The position numbers and the translations under genes are program-made. Under the pieces are notes generated by a model that was given only the letters and a program-made list of their open reading frames with translations, had not been told where the DNA came from and did no database searches. DNA of 64,000 bases from Choristocarpus tenellus KU-1152. Lineage: Eukaryota; Protista; Phaeophyceae. The stretch is taken from the NCBI GenBank assembly GCA_964200185.2, contig CAXNAD020000002.1, positions 19,209 through 83,208 of the forward strand, in the 5' to 3' direction. This document shows positions 1-9,640 of this stretch, in pieces. Positions within the stretch are counted from its first letter, which is position 1, and the number at the start of each line of letters is the position of its first letter.

Positions 1-1026
1 ATCTTGAAATTCCCTGTCTCCCAACACCATATCCACCGGGGGAAAACTACATACTGAGAGGGGATTTTGGGCACTGTAGTAAGAAATCAGTAAAATGCTG
101 CCCCAGATTTTTATGGACAAGGGTGTTCCTTATCCCCTTGAAACACAGCTATATAGTAGTACCCACCACTTTAGTAGTGAGCACCATCACAAAGAGGGCT
201 ACTATATATCTCACCAACCACTGCATACCCTCACATCAAACCTTGGTCCCATTGTTCATTTTATATTGATCCCTAGATTACAAACCCCTGTGAGCTAGGT
301 AGTGTTCCATTATTTCATCCACTGGGTTGATTTGACGAATACAATTATGTTTGAAAAAAAAATGACAGATGGTTGTTTTAGGAGAGAGTCAATATATTTG
401 ACCCTTTATAGTACATGAACTGTACAATCAGAGATGTGTAAAAAAAATATGCAATTTCCATGTCACGTCATAACAGCAAACTCTTTAGGAGGAAAGGAAT
501 GCTGACATGTACTGGATAAGGATTGATCGGTGGTGCATGGGCCGCACGCGTTGAGCACCAAGCGACCTGGCAAGGTATTACATTCCGATTAACAAAATCT
601 GGTAAAACCGACACAATCAGACTCTTAGGAGACAAAAGTCAGGGGTATGCTCAAATGTCTTCACCCACTGGGAGTAATTTAGGTAAAGTATTTTAGGTAA
701 CGCGAAGGAGATCAGAAACAGAAGGGCACCTCCTCGGGTGGGGGCTCCAGCAAGGAACTATTAAAATGTGAAGAAGGAAACATTTAATAATTTCTCAAGG
801 TTGTAAACGTGGACGCTGGTCAACATAAGGACTCAAAAGTTGCTGGACCTTGGAGCATCTATAGCCCTACAATGGGTGTCCATGAAGTGGAGTAGTGGTC
901 GGTGGAGTGCATGAGATTAGTGGCGGTGACTGGAAAAGCTGTGCAAGAGGAAAGGGGGGGAAGTCCTTCCTACAAGATCGTAACTACGTGTTTAAAGAAA
1001 ACTATAAAGGATACGAAGCGACTCAC

Positions 1027-1529
1027 CAGGTTCAACCTGTCCGCAAACGCAGCACATGCACTCGCGCTGACAAAGCGTTGACGCACAATAGAAAGGTGTC
1101 CAGAAGATCGCTCTCGCGCGGAACTTGAATGAAAAAGCCACGAGGATACCGCCAGCTGTAGCACAGAGTCGCCAAGCCATTCAAGCTCGTCCATATGGCC
1201 TGTCCAAATCCGATAGCCAGGAAAAGGATTGCCAAGTGCCATTGACGGCTTCTCCTATTTTGCTACATTTAAAGTTCTGCATGGAATGTTAATTCAGTAG
1301 TCACAACTTTCTCTTGGACAAGGTATCGACCAACGAAGGCAAATCATCTAAAATTTGGTGAAAGCAAGGTTCCCCCGTATATGTTTGTCCCTTTCGTCAC
1401 CTTACCTCCAGCAAAGAGCTCCTCATTGCAAAATGATGAGTGTGTGAGAGCATTGAGGATAAAGTCCCTTTTCCTGAATCGATATCCTAGTGCATTCTCC
1501 ACGGATGATATTCTTCCCGAATCCTCCAT
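1027..1529 (-). CDS. Ribonuclease III-domain protein, first two exons (1401-1529, 1027-1254); 3' part unresolved, may run off the left edge
   Basis: Exon 1 ...VENALGYRFRKRDFILNALTHSSF matches the RNase III N-terminal LGY.F....L..ALTH.S motif. Exon 2 has DELEWLGDSVL (signature ERLEFLGD.VL) and GHLSIVRQRFVS. GT-AG phase-0 splicing joins them in frame. Confidence 0.85.
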
Positions 1530-1710
1530 GTCTTGTGATGATTGAACTTCTTAAGGAGGTGTGGTTTTGAATGACCAAACGAAAACGCCTACTTGTTCTT
1601 TCTGTGTTTAATAATTGTTACAAAGTAGGTGAGGAACCTTACAACTGTGCAGGAAGGTAGGTAGTCCCCACCACTTTTTAACATCCCAGCCACGTTACGC
1701 ACCGCTCAAC
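1530..1710. promoter_or_regulatory. Putative bidirectional promoter (RNase III / SRRM1)
   Basis: Divergent start codons at 1529 (-) and 1711 (+), 181 bp apart; flanks retain CpG. Confidence 0.6.
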
Positions 1711-4700
1711 ATGTCGAGTGGTTTTTTTCGTGGTACTAACACGGAACAGGACTCCAGATTTGGGGATTCTGACAAGAAACTGATGAAAAAGATGAAATTT
1801 TCCAAGATCCTGGATCAGAAGGTATGCGTAGGTGGACCTTGTAGTCAAGGTTGCCTACGGACGAGTGCAACATTATGTAAAAGAAAGGAAACATACTCTG
1901 CGATTCTTTGCTGTATCTCAATTTCAGGTAAATATGAAGAAGGTCAATACAGACGTGATGAAACGATGGATTGCTCAACGGATCACATCCCTTTTGGGCT
2001 TCGAGGACGACATTGTGGTGGGAACTTGCGTCAATTATCTCTCGGAGGAGGTGTGTCTCGGTGTACAATATTTCTTTATTGGGAATAGAAATCGATTGGT
2101 ATTTTTTTGTTAGAGTGTGAAGGCTGGGTGTGTACAAAACTTCTAGAGGAACCAACTTGATGCTCACCCTATATTTATTATGCTAGCCTTGGAATGGGAA
2201 ATCTTTCGTCGCTGCAATATCTTGTCCCCACTTATCCCATGGTTTTGCACTTAGTTTGGTAATCTACTCACAAGTTGTTCATGGGGGAGCATGAGTATTC
2301 CGTATGCATGCTTTGGTTTAAAGTGTCGTGTTCCTCTTCGGTGGGCATATCTAGGGTAATTTTCTGACTGGACAACGGCTTCGAATCGGAAAGGTTGTAT
2401 GTGTATTGACAGGACCACTCGCGGGAAAGTGACTTGGACAACAATTCACTCGGTAGAACTGTGGACTTCTTGCAGGGGAAGCTGGACCCCAAGAGGCTAC
2501 AGTTGCAGCTCACGGGATTCCTGGAGAAGTCAACAAGCACATTTATGGAAGAGCTGTGGGGTCTCCTGGTCGATGCGCAGAATAGCCTTGGGGGAATCCC
2601 CTCTGCCTTTCTTCAAGACAAGAAACAGGAGATGCTGAAAGCTAAGGCAAGTGAAGCAGGAAGGAAAGAGTGAAAACCAAAAGTTTTGTGGATGTATTTT
2701 TTGGACATCTGCGAGATAAAACTTAAGTGGGGGGATTGGATGATGTGGCTCTCTTTCTCATTAATTGGATGTCAAGGTGATGGTGTCTGCCTTTCTGTGT
2801 GTTACCGTTCTGGCCATGCAGAGGTTTCCAGATGGTCTTACCCTCAATCCTTTCCCAACAACAGGAGGAAGAGCACAGGCAGGAAGTTGAACTTCAGAAG
2901 AGGATGACTGAGCACCAGCAAGAGATGGAACATGCTGCTCTATTGGCTGAAGCTGCGAAGAGGTGACGAACTCAGATGGGCAACTAATAGACAATCTCCT
3001 TTTGTGGTGGTTGTACCATCTACCAGCGTAGGTTTTCTTTGAGAATAAACACTTTTGTACCCGTGTTCCTCAACACTGTATTTCATTGATTTTATTCATT
3101 TAGGCTTCTTTCTTCTAATGTATGCATCCTGAATTGAACCTAAACTGTGTGTGATAGGGTAGCTGCATCAACTACGGATCTCCCTCATTCTAGTGGTGGG
3201 GCCCGTGCGAGCCGCTGGGGTAAACCTGTTCAAGACCTTGATGCAAAGTTGATGCAACCAGAGTTGCTGAGCAGTTTGGAGCTAGCTCCTGCTGCAAACA
3301 GCAAAGAGGTATGTGTGATTCCTTTGAGTGGATTAAGATAAAAAGTCAATCTACGGAAGTGTGTTAATATCTATGAACCTGTTGTGCTTTTGACTGCATC
3401 TACAGGAGAATGAATCTGGCAAAGAGGCAGATGTTGGGTTTCACCCTACAAGCTCTGAGCAGGAGGTAAATGAAGGTCAGGAGGATACCACTGCAGAGTC
3501 AAGGAGCGAAGTTGACAAGAAGGAAAGCAGGTACCAGGGTGTATGGAATCATATTTATGAGAACATGAGTCAAGAGGTGGTGCATCTTCCTTGAAGGAAC
3601 ACAGAAGTCAAGATTTGAAGTGTGATCCATCTAATGCAACCCAGTTGTAACTGCAATGAAAGCAGCATACCATATGGTGTGGTCTGTGCCATGCAGCAGC
3701 TCACAATATATACCTGCTCTGAAGCTCGAGGACCAGGTTTACACCAGTATATTGAATTCACAAATCACAGATATTGGTCAGATGTGCTGTGCCCCGCATA
3801 GAGATTTCTATCATTACGACTACTCACTGACTACAACTTGCAGGGTGATGGTGGTGATGATGATGATGATGATAATGATGCCTATTACGTATGTTTTGAC
3901 TTCGCACCTTGGTACACTATTTTTGCCATGATCCATACAACTTGGGTTAAGGTAAGGTTTAGGGTTACAGCTCACTCAGACTAAACACCAGTGGGTCAAT
4001 GAGATTACCCCATAAAATTACCCCATGATAACCATACCCCATAATAACCATACACTCGCTCCTTAGTGTTAAAGTTTTTTCATGTCTCTCAATAGGATCA
4101 CTTTGTTCATTTGGTGTAGGCAGAGGGGATGCTGAGACCACAGAGTTTGATATTTTCCTTTTATTCTGGGGCAATCTTGGAAAACCAGGAAGAATGTGAG
4201 TGCAGAGGAATCAAGCGGGCATGCAGTGGACAGGTTGGATGATGAAAAGAGGGACAGATCTGAACAGTTACCCCAGCCACAGCGTGTGTTGACTCCCAAA
4301 AGAAAGAGGAGTGGAAGTGACCTCAGTCAGGATGATAAACAGAGCAAGAACAGAGATGGGGCTAAGGGCTATGGCAAAGGTCATGAGAAGAGCAAATCAC
4401 GCAAGCATGACCACAGGAGGCCCGATGAACAGAATAAAGATCGAAGGTCAAGGGAGGGGAGGCGGGAAAGTCCAATTATGAGGGGCAGAAGGGGCGGTGA
4501 TGCTTCAAGGAGTAGGGATAGGGCAAGGTACAGTGATGGGGAACGACGGCAGGAGGGAAGCAGGAAGCGAGACGGGGATAGGAGTCGGGAGAGGCGTTCT
4601 GAGAGGAACCAAGAAATAGACCTGGGGCTTGAGAAGAGAGGCAAGAGCAGGGGTAGTCCAAGGCGTGATGATCGTGAACGTAAGGCCAGGTATAATGGAA

Positions 4701-5563
4701 AGCAGCATGGTCGAGGAGATCTGCGCAGTAGCAGAGACAGGAGCAAGGAAAGTAACAAAACAAGTCGCCACAGGGCAAGCAGGAGGAGGACCGATGAGAG
4801 CAGCGAAGGAGATGATGCTGACAGAGCAAAGGAATACCTTAGCGAGAGTGATGAAGAAAATGGCCTGGGGTCTAGTACTGATGGTGCCAGTGATGCACAG
4901 GTGACTCTATTCTTATTAGAGACAGCCACCTTTACTATAGAATCAAAGAATGACACGTACTGTACTGGTAGGTGGGGTTGACTCTGTTGTCATACCAAAA
5001 TTGTCTTGAGAAGGGCAGTAGGTGTCTTGTGTGCTTTTTCCCATCTTCCCTTCATCAATTTGACAAACAAAAAGTAGCTCAGCAATGGTGATACAATATT
5101 CTATACCAGCACACAGAACGTCAAACAGAAGTAAATCTCTATGTTCAGAATGTATCCCCATGAGATTTTCTTCAGAAATGCTTCATCTCCAGTATTTGTA
5201 TTATATGTAGTGTTGCCTGCATTTTTTTGTACACAAAGTGACCCATGGTCCTATCCTCCGACCCCAGTGAAATTTTTAGGAGGTGAGACCCCAAGATCAC
5301 CCCCTCCTTTATTTCTTAGTCATAAACATATATATACACAATTTTTGAGTCTCCTGCTCAACATTCTTTGAGTGTTTCCTACAGTATGAGCCTGTCTGCC
5401 AGAGGTCTGGTAGTGATGTAGTTCCAGTGCAACTATGCATGAGTGACTTGAGACCATCTTTATGTTGACACTGACCCTGACGGTCCTTGAACAGGCTAGA
5501 CTGGAACGAGAGGACAACTTGCGCAAGATGGCACTAGCAGCTCTGGCTAGAAGGTCTAGTTGA
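1711..5563 (+). CDS. SRRM1: PWI-domain serine/arginine repetitive matrix protein (SRRM1/SRm160-like splicing factor), 8 exons
   Basis: Exons 1711-1821, 1928-2050, 2476-2646 (GC donor), 2865-2962, 3158-3308, 3406-3530, 4188-4900, 5495-5563 join in phase. N-terminus GFFRGT..QDSRF.D..KKL; PWI domain KVNMKKVN.DVMKRWI..RIT.LLGFEDDIV...DPK.LQ.QLTGFLE....FMEELW.LL..AQ....GIP; Arg/Ser-rich C-terminal half. Confidence 0.92.
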
Positions 5564-7237
5564 TTGTAAAGTGCACTTGTTACACTCATTGGCACTGGAA
5601 GAAGTGGGTGCTCTTGTCAGCCAGGCAAAAAAGGATTGGGAAGGAATTGCACTATGCACCATTGCTGAAGAGTGAAATATCCATGCAGAAAGACCATCTC
5701 CATGGAATATTTTGCCATCCGGGTTAGTCATCACCTCAGCTTGTTCCAGCCTCCCCAGTTATAGTGGCTTGACAGTCCTCAGGCCGACAAGAGTTGGCAG
5801 CAAAGCATATGCATATCCTGGTGGTGTCTAGAGGAACATATAATTATCATAATTGAGACAGACAACATCCACAGTTCTTAATGAACCCCATCTCATGGTA
5901 CCAGTGCTTTAGTTCAAATTGTGAAAATGCAGTAGTTTCCTAGCTTGACCCCGTGTACCCAATTTGTGGTATTTTAGAAGATTTTTTGAGATCTATGCTA
6001 ATTGAGCTTGAAAAGATCAAGCTCTATATTTTTGGCTAAAACAAAGCCAAAAGTTGATACTTCCTCGGATGCCTCACATTTCCAACAACCTGTATACAAT
6101 TGCCATTGCTCAGTGCATCTTCTGGGTGGAGAGCAGTTTTGGAGAGCACTCTGAGGCATGCAAACAATCGGAAATCCCTCATAATGTGAGACCCTGGCCA
6201 AATACCATACCTACACTAGCCAAAGCAAATTGTGATGGACTCAGAGCTATGGTGTGGAGTACACATCAAGTGTGGTGTCAAGGTCATTGTCAGGACACCT
6301 TCTAGACAATTCTGCAAGGGATCAGCATGATGTTAGCACCTTCGATGAAACATGGAATATATTTTTTCAAGTGTACTTCACTTGATGACCAGACTGAAAT
6401 GATCAAGTATAGGAATTTGAACTACATGTCATTTACTGAGGTGGAACAAACTAGCCATTTTGTAATTGTCTGGAAAAATGCAAAGCTTTGAAATCTCTTT
6501 CAGCCATTGGTTCTTGGTTGTAAGCAATTTTACCTACACTGATGCGCTTTGGGACAATGTAATTTTAATGTTCTAGATCTTTTTATTACTCTTGTGAAAA
6601 AAAGTTCTTGATGGAAAGTGATGCTGACCTTTTGCGAAAAATGGAATATTGTTTAGATATGCTCTACTTTGACACTATGAAACAGTCCTTGATTAGAAGC
6701 TCTACAGAAACTATCACAATACTGGCAGGCTGAGGAAGGAATGCAATAAGGGGATTGTATAGAGCGAGCTTTAGATTGCTGAACGTATTACTGTTCACAA
6801 TACAATCTCCTAAAATAAATTAAGATCTTGTGGAAGTACTTGAGAGGGTTTTGTTGGTATGTGTGCATACTGGCCATTGAGAACATTCAGGACAAGACCT
6901 GCATGTTGAGTGGTTCTGTTGCAGAGCACGTTGACCGCCCTCCTTCGTACACAAAGAAGACTATTGGAGAGATCTGACCCGTAAATTTGTACTCTTGGGA
7001 GGTCTATCCCCCCATCAAGACAACATCCACTCTGTGATAGGGTAGCTTTGGTCAATGCAAGCTGATTATGACGGAAGACCATGAAATAAGAAGAGTTTTT
7101 CTGTGGACCAGGTAAATGTGACAGCAATGGGTCAGGGGTTGGTCCAAGTGAATTTTGATCGGACCAGTCCAGAGTCGTCAGAGAGTATAACTGGATCAGA
7201 CTGTGGGCTGGCCCTGGTTAAATTTGCCTTGATAGGG

Positions 7238-7594
7238 CTTGAGTCTATCTCATATCTTTCACCTGGTAAGGGATTAAAATCTGCTCATTTTGATGAAGCT
7301 AGAAAGTGTGATGAGCAAAAATGGGCCACCAATTTTAAATTAATGAGTAAGCTTGGAACTGCTGAAATTTCAAGCTCTTATATACAAAATGATCGTTCTA
7401 GGAAATTAATATATAATGGTTCGAAGATTTCAGGCGGTGAATTATCTAATTTACTAAATGTTATTTGGCTTACTCCTCAGATGGAAAGTTTATTTTTAGG
7501 AGGTGCGTCAACTAGAAGAAAATTTCTTGATAGAATAGTTTATGGTTTTGATTCAAAACATGCAAAAAATATAGCAAAATATGATCATTATAAA
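7238..7594 (+). pseudogene. recF: Bacterial (Rickettsiales-like) recF internal fragment, nuclear insertion
   Basis: About 119 uninterrupted codons: LESISYLSPGKGLKSA...SKLGTAE...VIWLTPQMESLFLGGASTRRKFLDRIVYGFDSKHA. WLTPQM and RRKFLDR.V..FD..HA are alphaproteobacterial RecF motifs. About 30% GC (89 G+C of 300 nt counted in 7321-7620), no introns. Lacks the N-terminal Walker A and the C-terminal two thirds. Confidence 0.92.
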
Positions 7595-7750
7595 TTGTCG
7601 ACTCCTTTGAGTTTTTTAACTCCCTGTGGGAATTGACTAGTCTTTAACCGCTCAATCAAAAGAGATATTTTTAGTAAAAACTTCTTATTGAGTTTTTGCA
7701 GATCTTTTTTTAACATTTTTAGCTAATTCGATTTTATAGGTTCTAGACAA
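7588..7750 (-). pseudogene. relE: RelE/ParE-family type II toxin, 5' fragment (frameshifted, truncated)
   Basis: TTG start at 7750. Removing one A from the A7 run (7705-7711) gives MSRTYKIELAKNVKKDLQKLNKKFLLKISLLIERLKTSQFPQGVKKLKGVDNL, the typical RelE/StbE N-terminal pattern (Y.IE......KDL.KL......P.G.KKLKG..NL). It is truncated just before the YR.R.GDYR motif. Not in the ORF track. Confidence 0.85.
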
Positions 7751-7752
7751 GG

Positions 7753-7788
7753 TTAAATACCTAATTCTGATTTAACCTGATCCCAGGA
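7753..7788 (-). pseudogene. C-terminal 11 codons of the cognate antitoxin gene
   Basis: SWDQVKSELGI-stop ends 2 nt upstream of the toxin TTG. S/PW..VK.ELG[LI] is a common C-terminus of antitoxins preceding relE. An SD-like AGGT overlaps the last codons. Confidence 0.65.
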
Positions 7789-8106
7789 ATCGGGCTGAAA
7801 CGAAGCCATAACGATGGTAAACTTGTAAAAATGTGTTATTGCAGAGGCAGACCAGGGCCATTGAGATTGGAACTGGACTGAGTCACCGCCGCTCATCAAT
7901 ATCATTAGATAAAACACATTTAAGTTGGTAGATTATTCTTGAACCATACTTTACAATCTGCTGTTGAAAGTGGAGCTTTTCGAATTATATTTCCACCATA
8001 TTTGAGGTAGTCTCACAGGGCTACAAAATGAAAACATAAAATTTGATTTAACAGGGACATTCCAGGTCCATGAGGGATTATATCTGGACCTGACTGCAAA
8101 CCGACC

Positions 8107-8417
8107 CAGGTTAAACATTTCTAAACAGGACTGAACCAGAGTCATAGGGATAGTAAGCAGACTGGGCCTGTGAGCTGGTCTGGGTGAAATATGGCCTAAT
8201 AAGGGTGGAGTAGGTCCATCAAGACTGTACCCAGACCACGTGGTGGGTTGGACCATGGACCCGGCCCAGTCTGTCCAATTAGCTGCTGGTCTGGTCTGTC
8301 TACCTAATAAGGGTGGAGTGGGACCATCAAGACTGTACCCAGACCATGTGGTGGGTTGGGCCATAGACCCAGCCCAGTCTGTTTGTCCAATTAGCTGATG
8401 GTCTAGTCTAAGCCCTG
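8107..8417. mobile_element. Non-autonomous hAT-like element with an internal 108-bp tandem duplication
   Basis: Ends CAGGGTTAA...TAAGCCCTG form an imperfect TIR. Direct repeat units 8195-8302 and 8303-8410 are highly similar. Many GGACC/GGTCC/GGTCT subterminal motifs. No 8-bp TSD confirmed. Confidence 0.5.
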
Positions 8418-9529
8418 CACCAAGTCTCTAATACAAAAGAAAGCTATGTTTGGCTTTTCTGGACTAAATGAAAATGTTGCTTAGCACACCATCAGCATCA
8501 CATATTTCCAAGAATGCAACAGGGATGGAGAGCATGGAATACTTATTTTTGAAAGCTCTTCAATGCTATTGGTGGAAGTTCCCAAGGGGTGGAAGTTTTC
8601 TATATGTTACTGAAGAGGCGTCAATTCCAACCATGCTCTGTTTAGAGCACTGAGCACTTGAACTCTTGGGATATTTGTACTGATCATTGAGCTCTATACA
8701 GAAAGGTATCCACTCTAAAACAGAATTGCATCCCAACCTCCACACATTGTAGGAAGTATTACAGATCTCAGATCTACTGGTCCAACAGTAGCAATTCAAA
8801 ATCACTTAGAAAAATTGTGATAAGGCCCCAAGAACAGGATAAAAACCATTTTATTTCTCTTGTAAGTTTTGCTGTAAAATTGGAAGCAAAGCCGGGATCG
8901 CTTTTGCTATGTCAAGAACCTTTTTCACAATGAGGTTGAATACAGGACCTATGGCAGGATCTACAACATAAACAAGTTTATGTTGCTCCACCAACAGTAT
9001 AGTTCAGAATTATTTGTGATAAATAACTTACTATATTTTTTATTTTATACTGGTCCAGTCAAGAAAACTTAACAATTTTGTTCCTCCTCAAAATTGAATG
9101 CCACCAAATTAAAACACCAAATTAGTGTCTACCTCACCTTCGAAACTTGTTTCTGGCTGTAGCTGTCAGAACATATTACATGTAAACAAATACTGAGCAG
9201 TGGTGCAAGATACTTCTTCTAGGACTTCAACTTGATCTCAACTCAGAATGAAGCATTGTTTCAAGACTCTTGGTCACAGCCTTTGCTTTTCAGAATCATA
9301 CAATCCTTCTGTAAGTGTGATACAGTTGGGAGACAGGGAAGATAGTATGAGAGGCACTAATCTTTGTGTTAGATCAGACTGTGATACCAATGGGAACATT
9401 GTTTTATCCAAAGTCCTTGTTGATTGTTTCCAGGAATTACTAAAACTAAGTCGTAGTATCTATTCTTGAAGATGCCGCAGAAATGCAAGAAAGGTTGAAT
9501 ATTGCTCATGTCCAAGGTTTACCAATACT

Positions 9530-9640
9530 GAATCATTCTCATCAGGATAACTCTCCTGCGAACAATAGTCACCACACTCTCACCATCCAACAGTCTAGTT
9601 GTGTATGACATAACTTGGACCTTGGGCAACTGCAAGGTAA
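9530..9640 (-). mobile_element. Small LINE ORF2 C-terminal remnant
   Basis: QVMSYTTRLLDGESVVTIVRRRVIL resembles the LINE post-RT motif (MSY..AL....CES.ETT.RKRRL); short match. Confidence 0.3.

Noticed and set aside
4381-4956. 191-aa Leu/Ser-rich minus-strand ORF and overlapping ORFs
   Set aside because: Antisense shadow of the purine-rich RS-domain exon of SRRM1.
7103-7636. 177-aa ORF as a functional recF gene
   Set aside because: The first 45 codons are host TE-like sequence, Walker A and the C-terminus are missing, and the tail is antisense relE.
7951-8364. 137-aa ORF with an internal repeat; possible CRISPR-like array
   Set aside because: It is the translation of a 108-bp tandem duplication: only two units and no unique spacers.
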